Assembly: GCA_015680685.1 (NCBI GenBank)
Contig: MNCI01001563.1
Coordinates: forward strand, 311,380 to 375,379
Source of the DNA: Gnetum montanum
Lineage: Eukaryota; Plantae; Gnetophyta
DNA length: 64,000 nt
Direction of reading: 5' to 3'
Part shown: positions 51,205 through 64,000 of the stretch, in pieces
Position numbering within the stretch: position 1 is the stretch's first letter
Layout of the letters: each line of letters opens with the position of its first letter
The notes under the pieces: generated by a model
Database searches by the model: none
What the model saw: the letters and a program-made list of their open reading frames with translations, nothing else
What the model was told of the DNA's origin: nothing
Translations under genes and position numbers: made by a program

Positions 51205-54200
51205 CTATGATGTTATGCCACCAAAGCTACTTAGAATTTTATCGTCATAGAGGGTGGTAGACTATAAAATAAAGTTACTACTTGGCACAACCCCTTATAT
51301 TCAAAGATCATATCATCTAGCAAGGTTAGAGTTGAAAGAGCTAAAGAGACAACTTGAAATCCTAATTTCCAACAAATACATTAATCCCTTAAAATATTCT
51401 AATGGTGCACCAACGTTGTTCATCACCAAGAAGGATGGGGCTTTACATCTTTACTATGACTACAAGTTATTAAACAAGCACATCATCAAGAATAAGTATC
51501 TAGTGTCTTTGATTTCTTATTTGTTTGATCAAATAGTTGTCACCAAGAATATCATCAGGTGCACATTGTAGAGGGAGATGAGGAGGAAACTTCCTATGTG
51601 ACCAAATATGGATCATTTGAATGGATAGTAATGCCATATGACCTTTTTAATGCACTAGCCACCTTTTGTACACTCATGAATGAGATATTTAGATGATTTC
51701 TTGAGAAATTTATAGTTTTTTGCTTTGATGATATCTTTGTATATAGTTGGATAATGGAGAAGCATATTCTCCACTTACAAATGATCCATGAAAAACTACA
51801 TCAAAATCAGTTGTATGTGAAGAAAGAGAAGTGTAAGTTTTGTTGTATAGAGTTAAGTTTCTAGGTCATCTCATGTGGCATGATCAAATTAAGTCCAACC
51901 CAAAGAAAGTAGAGGTCATACAACATTAGCTTGCCCCTGTTAATGTCCACAAGGTTAGACAGTTCATGGGTTTAACTAGTTTTTATCATAAATTTATCAA
52001 AAACTTCTCATGCACTATTGCTCCTCTTACAAATTATGGAAGAAAGTAGGCCCATGGTACTAGGACTTAGACTGTCAATAGGTCTTTGACAAGATCAAAG
52101 AGTCCTTAACATCCCATCATGTGCTAGTCTTATTATAATTTATAAAAATCTTCAAGGTTCATATAAATGCTAGCAAAGATGTGATCAATGAAGAGTTTCT
52201 ACTAGAGGATCACCTTGTTGCTTATGAATCACAGAAGCTAAATTAGGTAGAGTAGAGATGGCCTATCCATGAAAAGAAAACATTCATTATTGTCTATTAC
52301 TTAAGATCGTGGAGGCACAACTTACTAGGAAGTCATGTCCTTGTAAAGACAAATAAATTAGCTACTAGCTCTTTGCTTAATCAAACGAATCTGTAGCCCA
52401 AGCAAGTGTGATGGTTGATCCTACTCTTTAAATTTAACCTACAATTAGTCCACTGACCTAGGAAGGAAAATGTTGTGGTGGATGCGTTGTGTTGTTGTCC
52501 TCAACCCACCTCCCAGCACTTTTCTATTAGTGGTTCACAACCTTACATGTTCAACATGAGGCAGTATTGTTAGCTAAAATCCAAGATGGGTTGAAAAGGG
52601 ATCCATATGTTATTAACCTAATGAAGTTAATAGAGGCAAGAAGAGCACCTCATTTTAAGATAAGAAATAAACTATGGTTCTAGGATAGTTGAATTCGTGT
52701 TTTAGATTGGGATGGCCTTTACAAGAAAATTATTAATAGTGCCATAATACACCATGGGCTAGGCACATTGGTCAGTAGAAAACTTTGGCACTGATTGAGA
52801 GAATCTTCTTTTTGCTAAAAATGTATTAATATGTAATTGCCTATGTTTAGAAGTGTCTAGTGTACCAACAAGATAAAGGATGTACTAAGCATCATAGCAT
52901 ATTTTTCCTCCCTCTTGAAATCCAATCATAACCATGCTCAACAATGATCATGAACTTTATTAAAGACCTACTGAGTGTGCAAGGCATGAGTAGCATCATT
53001 GTAATGCTGGAGGAGTTTTTTAAGTTCAACATATTCATCCCCTATCTGGCCCAATGTCTAGTAGAGGTCACAATAACTTATTTCATTAATAGGGTAATTA
53101 GATATTTTGGGTTGCCAATAAGCATAGTATCAGATCATGAGCCTAGGTTTACAAGTGTCTTTTGGCAAGTCTTCTTTAGCATGATGGGAATCACCCTCAA
53201 GTTATTTACCAATTTTTATCTACAAAAATATGGACAAACAAAGCATATGAATCATGTACTCAATGGTTACCTTCAACATTATGTCCATAGTGACTAGAAA
53301 AACTAGTCTATTTTGTTGGAAATCATCTAGCTAAGTTATAACATCTTGAAGTCCTCTACTACGAGGCTTTCTTTTATAGTATTGTTAATGGGAAAGCAGC
53401 CCATTACCCCACATATGATTTCTCTCACCTTGTAGGGCCAACACCCTTCAACTGATGAGTTTTTGAGAGTATGGTCGAAAAGGTTAAGGCTTCAAGAGAT
53501 TGTCTCAAGATGGCTGTGTGACACATATAAAAGTATGTAGATTGTAAGTACCAGCCTCATGAATTTACGGTTGGAGAATGAATCCTTTTGAAATTGGACC
53601 CTTGTCAATTTAAACCAAAACATGAAACTACATCCAAACTAATGCAGTACTATGTTGGTCCCTTCTAGATCAATGATAAGGTTAATCATATGACTTACAA
53701 GCTTTAGATGCCAATCAATATGGATTGGGTCCATTTAGGTTTTCATATCATCATGCTAAAGCCCTTGCTCAATGGGTTTTCATTTTTGGAAAGAAGCCTC
53801 TTTATTTGAAATTAGCCTTGTATTCAATCAATACAAGGTAAGAAAGTTGACTACATCAGAAACTTTAGGATCACTAGGCACAGTCCTAAAATAAGAGTTG
53901 AATTACTTGTCAATTAAATAAACCATCTAGAATTAGATGATAGTTGAAAGGAACTAGAACATTTGATGTCTTAGGAATGGTTGATCGTAGACTTATGTTA
54001 GGAGCAAGCAATCAATCATCCATTGCAACTACTCTAGTGATTGGTACTAGATACATTATTTAAAAAAAATCCAGAAAATTAGGACCAACTAGACTAAAAG
54101 AGGTGTGGCATATTATGACTCTTAGGATCTAATGGATGTGTTCCTATGAAAGCCTGTCTCAAGTTGAGGGATGATTGGAGTCTTTCAAAAAACTCTATAG

Positions 54201-55234
54201 TTAATGGAGCTCAAGTTTCACTTATGTATGCGACTATGATGATCTTAAGACACCTAAACCTTTAAGGAAAATGATTCAAGGAATGCCTTGGACTCATAAT
54301 TTCATGTAGATCAGTGTGTCCTATTGTGTCACTATGAAAAACCACATAGAAACCCTTCTATAAGTTCTACATCTTAGGTAGGATATGGAAGGGTGGATAT
54401 ACTAAGTCTTGAATGGTATCATTCCTAACTTGGGTGTTAGATGCTAAAAAAAATATAGATCTTGGGAAGATGGTCAAGTTCATCAATGAGCTTTAAAGTT
54501 ATAGATGTTGGTAGTTAGACCTTCTAGAACCTAAGGACCTTTGAATCTAATTCTAAGAAGCATGAGGTACTTTTCAAAAATTGATGGAATCCTCCTTTGA
54601 TTTTGATGTAGTAGCCTTGTGGGTTACCAAGGCTATGCTCTAAGGTCATAACTCATTTTAAGTAGGGAATGATTGTACAAGAGGTAGCAAGGTTGAAGGT
54701 GGCTTGCTACCACTCCCATAGTTTGAGGGCCATGGGGGTACAAGAAGTCCTCCAATCCTTGTGTCTTCAAAACCATATTGGAATGATAGTTCCATGCACT
54801 AGTAACAGGGGGCTATGACCTTTCTTAGTATCCCACTCAGTAGCACTTTACCTAGGAGGGTTTTGTAGTTTAACTCTACATTTGAATTTAAGTAGAATGT
54901 GTCTTGGAATATGCCATGAGATGTTGTGTGCACTCAGAAGAGCACACCACCAAGTACCAATACATTGTGATGAATCTAGAGGATTCAACTAATAGTCCTT
55001 GTGATGTCCACATGAGTGGAGTAAGGGAGAGTTATCTAGCTATTATTAGCATTATGTGATTGATATTTATAACACCACTCAGGTTATGTGTTAACTCTAA
55101 TAGGTTACTTGTTGGCATGTGTTTTAGGTTTGTTGATTGTTAAGGTGCATTCCTCTTGAGTTTTGTCCCAATTTTGAACTTATTTGAGGCACTCTTGAGA
55201 TGTCAGAAAACATGTAAGGGAAAACATTATTACA
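51205..55234 (+). mobile_element. Chromovirus (Galadriel-like) pol remnant: RT, RNase H, integrase, chromodomain, PPT, probable 3' LTR 54674-55234
   Basis: DVMPPKL, GAPTLF..KKDG, FDDIFVYS, WRHNLLGS..VKTNK, FGLPISIVSDHEPRFTS, VELLVN chromo-like segment; AAGTAGGGAATGAT then TGTAC..TTACA. Confidence 0.8.
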
Positions 55235-55264
55235 AATACTATATATTTTCTTTTGGTTATAGTA

Positions 55265-58200
55265 TTTCATTTCATCATTTGCAATTTTTTTAATTTTGTA
55301 CTTTGTTCAATAAATATGCATACATAAACATGAAGTTGATAAACTTATCATATTATCAAGTAAATTTGCACATGTTGGATCTATATTAAGGTCTATATGC
55401 ATGTTAGAAATGTCATTTGACTCTAAAAGTATCTTAGAACAAATGGTTGGTATTTAATTCCCCAAGATTCTAACTTTCATTTAAAGATATTTTGGAGGTT
55501 GCAAATGCTTTAGGCTGAAGGAAAACATTGTGAAAACCTCACTTTCATAAACTATGTTGATAATTATAATTTCATATCTATTCTATGCCCTTATTTTCAC
55601 TTTCACTCATTTTTTTTTACCAAAAATCTAGGATATCCTAAAATGGAGGAAACATTGGTTGATTTTTATATGTGAACTTTTAGCTATGATTAGTGAGGCT
55701 AGATAGTAAAAATTATTTCCTAACATAAATGAGAGACAAACCCATGTGTTATAACTCTTCATTGTTTGATGTATGTGCTACTTTATTAATTGACATTTAA
55801 ACACTTACTTCAAATGCACAATTATCTTCTTTTCTACATAATGAATGATTCATAATTTATTATTCATTTTTATAATTTTAATCTGCTAACATTATTCTTT
55901 TTGCTATCAATTATAATTTCTTTATTTAGTAAAGAAAATAGAAAACATATATGAGTATGTTCATGTGCATTTACTTGCTTTCCATAAAATGAACCCACAT
56001 GAATTATGATTATAAATTCTTTAGACTTTAGGGTAAGAAAATCACCTAAATGTACAATTAGTAATTAGGTAAATGATGTATTTGATTGATGTGCCTTGTG
56101 TGAAGCATGTAATATTTCCATGGATCATTAACTAAACATTTTAATTATAATAGATGTTTATTCCCATACCTTAAATGGATCAATTGTACTATTTATTCAT
56201 TTTACTTAAGCTTAATATCTTGAGCCATTAGATCCAAGTGCTTAAGTTACACAACACTTGAAGGTTTTTAATGATGTAGGTGCCATTCATGACTAGTATG
56301 TAACCACTACACATATGATCTCTAATCACCTATCTTAGGGGTGTATTGACATGTAGTCCAAAAAGGATGGTTAAGCTTAACCTTGTTTTTGTAGCATAAA
56401 ACTTACAAATAACTCAACTTACAATTGAATGATGACCAAATTCTTTGAGTTGGATAACCCCCAACATAGAAGTGCAATGCCATATTGCATAGGTAAAGTT
56501 GTTGAAACCTATATATTTTTAATCCCTAACCATTATTTGAAGTATTTTTTAAATTAAATAATCTTGCTTGATGAAGATAGTAGAGGATTAGGATTACATC
56601 CAACCATATCTATTGGAGTTTCTTGTAAAAAAAAACTTGAAATAAGTAAGTCATATAAATGTTTGATGTTTTCTAGCTTCTTAAATAATAGGAAGTAATA
56701 GCCATCATCTTTGACTATACTAGTATATGCGGTATCATAGTATTACTAAAGATAGACAATATTGTATTGATGCATCCATTCTTACAATTAGAAAAAGTAG
56801 AAAAGTCATACCATATTAACAACTTGTTGAGGTAAACAAGGGAAGGAGGTATGTGGCCCCCATACAACACACTTGTAAAAAACTATAGGATAAAAAAAAA
56901 CTTGAAAAAAATTTCTTCTAACCATCCAAGATCATAATCCTAATGTTGCATATTTTTTTTAATTACATATAGAGTCTTAATTTAGGGACCATCATTTTGA
57001 GGAATGGTAAGGTACTTGTTTCTCAAGTCAAAGATCTAGATTTTGACTTGGGTGCACCCACTCAAAGAGGTTAGACATTCATTCATCTACTAACCCTTCC
57101 GAGATGTTGCTTGGTGGGATGAGCACTATGGCTCTAGGTGATGATGATCCTTTATAGAACCTTAATTTTTTTGTGATTTTCTCCTTGATATATTTATCCC
57201 ATTTGCAGTTGCTCACATAGTAGAGACCTAAGTATCTAAAGGAGTTTACTATTTCTACATTTGTAATATCAAATTTATAATTATAATTTGCATTTCTTGT
57301 ACCCCATATTATCATTTTTATTTTTCCTACATTGACTTATAGGCCAGAATATAAACAAAAATGTGTCATAATTTGTGACATATTTTGCATACCTTTTTCA
57401 AAAGGTAGAACTTAAGGTTGTATCATGAGCATAACGAAGTAGATTCACTACATGTGGTCCTATCTTTACAACATGCTTATAATTTCTATATATATTTAAT
57501 TCTAAAATCATCAAGAAAGAGACCAACAAAAGTTAGAGATAAAGGGCATCCTAGCTTCACTCTAATTTTGCTTTAGAATTAAAAATTATTTCCTAACTCA
57601 TTCTCTTTGAGATCAATGATGCCTCCTTCATATACCTTTCGTATTGCTACCATCAATTATATAGGGATGCCTAATTTATTAGGGTGTAACTATAGTTTCT
57701 TACAAATCATGAAATTGTATGTTTTTAGAAAGTTAACAAATTAAATAAACAATTTTCTACAAGGCTTTTTCTTTAGCTTCCATATGAGTTCTAAGTGTAA
57801 CTAAGGATCAATTGTAGAATGGTTCTACCTAAAATCAACATTACACATTGCTTTAATGTTATCAACTTTTTCTTTAGTGCTAAGTCATTTTTTAATAATA
57901 ATGTTTAACAAAATAGCAAAGATATTACTTGCAACTATCATGTGATAGTTGTTCAAATTATTTTTATCTTCTCTTTTATATAGAAGTATTATCTTGCTAA
58001 CTTTTCATAATTATGTTTAGATGATGATAAATTTTTCTATGAATAGAAGTCCTTGTCCATTAAGTAAGTCAACAAAAAAACCATTAAAATAAATTATTTT
58101 TCCAATAGTAAATCTACTAATGTCTTATGTTACTTCATTTAGAGTAAAGTGAGTGGAGACATGACAAAAACTAAAATAACAACTATTAGCTATAGAAAGC

Positions 58201-59500
58201 ACAAATTTCATAAAAAAAGAGATTAAGTTATGAAATGATTTTGCACTGAAAGTACTTCTAAGAACTTTCAGCCTCCTTCATAATCATATATGCAAAATGC
58301 TCTTTTTATTCTCTAACAAAAATTCTCCCTTTTTTTTCTAATTAATCATTTATACTACTTAATTAGATTTTGTCTTTATTCCCTATCAATTGATTTCATG
58401 TGCCTTGTAGCCTACATATATTCATTATCAAACTTTAGTTTTTTAAAATTATGTTTGTAATAATAAGTAACATGTTTAGCTACCTCTAATAAAATCTACT
58501 CCAACTCCTTAACATATCCTTTAGAATTATACTAGTTATGCAGTATCTCTTTATATTTTTCTTTAATCTTTGTTATTATTCTTATTGGATACACTTTCTT
58601 TAACTTATTTTTTTTTACATCACAAGATACATTAATTTGTAATAAAAAATTTAAATAATGGTGACATGATTCTACCAACTCATATTCTTCTTTGAACTCT
58701 ATAATAATGAGATATTAGCCTTGTAGTAACACTCTTGATTTGGAAGCTCCAAGTTATGGGGTTTAGTTCTAGTAGGTAATGCTAAGTTATAGAGTTCTAA
58801 TTTGACTATATATTTTAGGGCTAAATATTATTTTCGAAAAAGGTTTTGGGTTCAAACACACCCCTTAATTTTATCCTTGTGATATCTTGAATATTTTTAA
58901 TTGAAGATAAAAATAAATCAATACAAGAGTTATCGTAAGATCCTTTACAAGTGAATGTTGAAGAATGTAGAAACCTTATTAGGCCACTGTTGGTAGGTAG
59001 ATCTAAAGAATTTCAAAAGATGTTGGTCTATTCTATTAATGTTGTTGTCTTTAAATCATTGAATCCAAGAATGATTTTGATAATGTCTATGGCACCATTT
59101 CTAATCTATTGCTAAATCATTTTTGTTTGTCATGAGTCTACTCTAGCATTAAAATCTCCATAAATGAACATAGCACTTTCTATTTTAATTTTTACAATAT
59201 CTATTTGTAAATACTAAAAGGATAGCCTTTAAGTAAACTTTCATTATTGTAGAGTGTAGCTTTTTTAGGGGAAAAATAACAAAAAATAAGAAAAGCATAA
59301 CAATGTTGGTGAAGGATATAAGCAAATGTATTGCTTATATTCATCTATCTTATGTAGTTGCACAAATTGCTCCAACTATTCCTTAATTAGGCAAATAATA
59401 ATTATGGAGGGCCTTTTTCTTTTACCCTCTCTAATATTTTTTTTTTTTAGAATATCTAATGAAACTTGGAATAAAAAATCTAGTAAGCCCTCATCCTTTT
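55265..59500 (-). mobile_element. Decayed LINE copy B (endonuclease, RT, 3' region)
   Basis: Minus-strand AMFIYGDFNARV (~59140-59175), GVKLGCPLSLT, LLRYAHD, VEIVNSFRYLG; colinear with 29800-32690. Confidence 0.8.
56984..57152 (+). mobile_element. tRNA-derived SINE (~170 bp)
   Basis: Absent from the homologous site of LINE copy A (~31600-31615); 16-bp TSD TATAGAGTCTTAATTT / TATAGAACCTTAATTT; decayed A box (TGAGGAATGGT) and B box (GATTTTGACT); (GAT)n tail. Confidence 0.75.
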
Positions 59501-59864
59501 ACATTTTTACTAAACAAAAAATATTAAATCAGTCAAAGAAATAAATACTATTTAGTAAGTAATTTTATTTTGGCTGAGAGGCCAACTCATCTCGTAGGAT
59601 AGGGGGGAGGGGGGAGTGCATTTGTCACCCTCCACGTCATGCGCCACATAAGATCCCATGAAATGAAAAAAAAACATGAACTAAAGAGCCACAACTTTTC
59701 GTATTCCTGTTGAACAGAATGTGAACCAAAGAGCCATAGCTTTTCATATTTCCATTGCACAGATAAAAAGGCCAAGCACAACCAAATGCAGAATGGGAAT
59801 GGGAATGGGAATGAGAATTCCATTTCCATTCTGTCTCCATCTCCATCTACAACTTCTGTTGCAG

Positions 59865-60085
59865 GCCACTTGGCCCAACCGAACCAGCTTTGATGACACC
59901 AGCTTTGAAGCTCTACTAGAGCACTGGAAAGGCACCTATGATGGTGGCCCATGCTTCAGTTGCAATAACAAGCTCATCGACATGCGCTTCTTCAACCAAG
60001 GTGGCAATAAGGCAGTAGGCCAGTCAGCCCTTGCTACATCCTTGCTTAACACCGAGGGCCATGACATGCACAGATCATCATTAAT
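59865..60085 (+). pseudogene. Isolated subtilisin-like protease (S8) exon fragment
   Basis: After a TTGCAG acceptor: ATWPNRTSFDD..HWKGTYDGGPCFSCNNKLIDMRFF..LNTEGHDMH, compare GIWPE.SF.D..WKG.C..CN.KLIGAR.F..DT.GHGTH. Confidence 0.8.
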
Positions 60086-60743
60086 CATAATACAATTTTT
60101 GTTATAATAGCTAAAAGATCCCTTGATTTGGGTTTCTTTTTTTTTGGATAAAATTTATATATGAATTAGGCTAATATGTTTCTTTAGTAGCTTTGTTTGA
60201 ATGTATGTTTTATGCATAAAATTTTGTAGGTAGGGGTAGGATGAGGGGTAGAGCCAAAGGCATTCGAGGAAAGACGATAATGGCTACAATTGAAGCTACA
60301 GCCTAAGGGGAAGGGTCTTCTGAAGTTTCTGTGTCAACAGTAGCCTTTGGTTATTGGAATCTCTTTCTAGAAACAAACTTTCTACTAGTCTTTTTATGTG
60401 TGTTTTTGTTAATTTTTTATAGTGAATTGTAACGTGTTGAACATTACATTTGGATGATTTTGTGTAATTTTCATAGTTTCACTTCAAGTTGAGCTCTTCT
60501 GTTATCAGTACTTAGCATGCCTTCCTATACATTTACATTTTTAATGCAAAAACATTCCAAAGTTTGGTTCTATTCTTTTTTCAATGTTTTCTGGAGTGGT
60601 AGGGAATTCTGAAATTGTAATTTTCTGCTACTATCTTAAGTAATATTCTTTTTCTACACCCTTTTTCAATGTAAAGGAACATTTGTAAGTTCATTTTCTC
60701 TTTATCTCATTGTATATTTTGTGTAGGTTTTATCATTTCTATG

Positions 60744-61658
60744 GTTTTGCTTTGAAATTCAGTAGTTACCATGGAGTAGATGCATTCAGTTGTTACAATT
60801 GTGATGGCTTTTTTGTTTATAATACACATTTTAATAAAATGAAAAAGCATTAGCATTTTTGATAGCACATAAAAATTATTAGCAAATTTGAGATGTCGAC
60901 TTGACTTTGATCATAATTTTAACAATTGTTCCTGCTTATTGGGAGGACTGAAAGAGTTCAAATTTGATAATTTCTTTTTACCTTCTCGCATGCAGTGAGG
61001 CCTTTTCTTTATGTTCATATTCTTTGATTGATGGCATCTAATGGATGATATGGCTGTTAACCTGGTAAATTTTAAAAATGAGAACTTCTGTACCTCTGGC
61101 AGCCTAGACTTTCGGAAGATCTCATGCAAGATCATGTTGTGATGATCCTAGCTAATGTCGAGGAAAACAATGACGAGCTCTCTACCGATGCACATGTCTT
61201 GTCATAATAATNATCGGTAGAGAGCTCGTCATTGTTTTCCTCGACATTAGCTAGGATCATCACAACATGATCTTGCATGAGATCTTCCGAAAGTCTAGGC
61301 TGCCAGAGGTACAGAAGTTCTCATTTTTAAAATTTACCAGGTTAACAGCCATATCATCCATTAGATGCCATCAATCAAAGAATATGAACATAAAGAAAAG
61401 GCCTCACTGCATGCGAGAAGGTAAAAAGAAATTATCAAATTTGAACTCTTTCAGTCCTCCCAATAAGCAGGAACAATTGTTAAAATTATGATCAAAGTCA
61501 AGTCGACATCTCAAATTTGCTAATAATTTTTATGTGCTATCAAAAATGCTAATGCTTTTTCATTTTATTAAAATGTGTATTATAAACAAAAAAGCCATCA
61601 CAATTGTAACAACTGAATGCATCTACTCCATGGTAACTACTGAATTTCAAAGCAAAAC
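60744..61658. other. 446-bp perfect inverted duplication bounded by N gaps (probable assembly artefact)
   Basis: 61213-61658 is the reverse complement of 60744-61189 and sits exactly between n61212 and n61659. Confidence 0.85.
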
Positions 61659-61659
61659 N

Positions 61660-63414
61660 CCACCTGCATGCACCACATGCATGGGAGCTAAAGAATCAGT
61701 GCAAGGAAGTTGAATTTCTACTTGATTAATGCCCCCTAACCCCTGAGCTTTCCATTCATCTCTTTGTATTCTCTCACATGAACGCACCACATGCAAGGGA
61801 GCCAAAGAGTCACTATAGGAGAACCGAATTTCTATTTAATTGACACCCGTGACCTTTGGGCTCCCCATTCATCTCTTTGTATTCCCTCACATGTAGGGCC
61901 CAACGTGGGTAATAATGAATATTTATTATTATAAACGATGGGTAATATCAAATATTTATTATTATTATTATAAATGGTGATTGTTACAATTACAGTAATA
62001 ATGAATGTTTATTATTATTATAAACGATGATGATTATGGTTACAATGATGGTTACGATCATGGCAACAATTAAGGTGATGACAATTACGGTGTGATGCAG
62101 TATTTTAAGATATTGAACTTAGGCATCATGTTACAAGATTAAGAGGTGCAATATTGAAATTTATGCATTTTTAAAAACATGGATTCTGCTACTATTAGTC
62201 CCAATAGAGCAGGTCAAGAACACTTCAAGATTAGCAACAACAACCATCTACTACAACAAGTACTACAACAACTATGTACTGCAACAAGTAATGCAATCTC
62301 TACTTATATGTGAAGGTTCAAGGGTAATGCTTACAGTTAACCTTTGGCTTGAAGCAAAATTGGTGAATGGTGCACTTGGTATGATTCACAGTATTATGTA
62401 TCCTTAAGGTAAATAGCCACTTGCATTACCATTATATGTTATTGTTGATTTTGACTCCTACATCAGATGTGTCAATTGTACCTATGGTCCAAGGAGCATC
62501 TCATCAATCACCATTACGGTTGGCATGGACCATGACTATTCATAATTCTCAAGGAATGACACTAGATAAGGCTACTATTCACATTGGTTCAAGAGAAGTT
62601 ATGGGTCTAATGTTTGTTGCATTATCAGGAGTCAAGACCATTGATTCTTTAAAGATTCATCCTCCTTTTCATGTGCAAAGATAGAGAAAGATTTCAGATG
62701 CTAAACATCTCCAAAGTAGAATTGCACAAGAAGTTTGTTTTGCTTAGTTTGAGAATTAGGCATATTGAGTTCACACTTATTATAGTATTTTGCCTTTTGC
62801 TCAATTCTATTATATAGCTCTATAATGTTTGTTGTAATAATTGTGCAAAGTATTCATTCATCAACATATATGAAATGCATAAACTTTTATTTTAACCAAT
62901 TTATGTTTACCAGTATATATTATTTGGAATACAAATAGTGATGAAAACTTAAAAAATAAAAAAATAATTAAATTCTACTCATAGCTCATGAAACCACTCG
63001 ATAAGAGAACTTACAAGTCTAATGTTTGTTGCATTATCTAGAGTCAAGACCATTGATTCTTTATAGATTCATCCTCCTTTCCATGTGCAAAGATATAGAA
63101 AAATTTTAGATTGTAAACATCTCCAAGTAGAATTGCACAGGAAGTTCATTTTTCTCAATTGGAGGATTAGGTGTATTAAGTTCATACTTATCATTGTATT
63201 TTTCCTTTTTCTCAATCCTATTATGTAGCCCTATAATGTTTGTTGCAATAATTGTGCAATGTATTCCTTTATCAACATATACAAAATATATAAACTTTTA
63301 TTTTAACCAATTTATGTTTACCAGTATATATTATTTGGAATGCAAATAGTGATGATAACTTAAAAAATAAAAATAATTAAATTCTACTCATAGCCCATGA
63401 AACCGCTCCACTAG
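61660..63414 (+). mobile_element. Helitron remnant: PIF1-helicase C-terminus with duplicated 3' end
   Basis: GSRVMLTVNLWLEAKLVNGALG, PLRLAWTMTIHNSQGMTLDKA..GLMFVALSGV; 412-bp duplication 62591-63000 / 63003-63414; ends with a decayed hairpin and CTAG. Confidence 0.8.
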
Positions 63415-63430
63415 CTTTATATATATATAT

Positions 63431-63666
63431 AATGGAATCGCTCATCCCTCCTCTATTTCTCTACCACTTACCCAATTTAGTTTTACCCTCTCAGTCAAGT
63501 TTGCTCTTTGTTTGTTTGTTCATAGCGTTTTTGAGCATTATTTATGCAAGAGATTTATTTCTCAAAAACGCTATGAACAAACAAAAGAAAGAGCAAACTT
63601 GATCAAGAGGGTAAAAATAAATTGGGTAAGTCGTAGAGAAATAGAGGAGGGATGAGTGATTCCATT
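63431..63666. repeat. Foldback / MITE-like element with ~105-bp inverted arms
   Basis: AATGGAATCGCTCATCCCTCCTCTATTTCTCTAC.. pairs with ..GTAGAGAAATAGAGGAGGGATGAGTGATTCCATT; ~25-nt loop; few mismatches. Confidence 0.9.
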
Positions 63667-64000
63667 TTTAGTTATCTTGTTACCTCGTCCAGTAGTCGGG
63701 CTTAGTTAACATCATTTTTTTTAAATCATCTCAGCCAATTTATAGATATATATATATAATACTACCATCAATATTATTAAATCCAAAAAATAATAAGCCT
63801 AGATATTTTTTTGAAAAATTGAAATATTTTTTATTTATAATCATTTTTTCTTTGTTGGCATTCAAATATGTCACAAAACTATTTTTATGCATAACTTTAA
63901 CCTTTTTGCATTATTGAACTCTTTATGCAAGCTCCTTATATGTGAATTCTCATTCTTTTTTTATGTTTATTCTACTTCAAGTGGCTATGATGTCTCCAAA

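Noticed and set aside
60744-61658. Perfect 446-bp inverted repeat with twin identical 74-aa ORFs
   Set aside because: The second arm is bounded exactly by single-N gaps and is identical to the first, which is typical of a scaffolding artefact.

Overview
AT-rich, repeat-dense nuclear DNA from a vascular plant (species not determinable; possibly a non-angiosperm). Transposable element (TE) reading frames are heavily eroded by C>T/G>A changes. There is one cellular gene, a two-exon family-1 UDP-glycosyltransferase (35093-36773) with a single premature stop. The rest is nested mobile DNA: three Athila-like Ty3/gypsy elements (one with an internally inverted gag-pol block, one retaining only its env-like ORF), chromovirus remnants, three decayed LINE copies, a tRNA-derived SINE, a Helitron 3' end, a foldback element and a subtilase exon fragment. 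Two features are not evident from the ORF track: (1) a 5.5-kb LTR-PBS-PPT-LTR element (16108-21635) with no recognisable gag/pol that carries an intronless CCR4-type deadenylase gene in sense orientation, and (2) a decayed endogenous caulimovirid (~38890-41800, minus strand) with recognisable RT and RNase H. All family assignments come from reading motifs by eye; no database searches were run.
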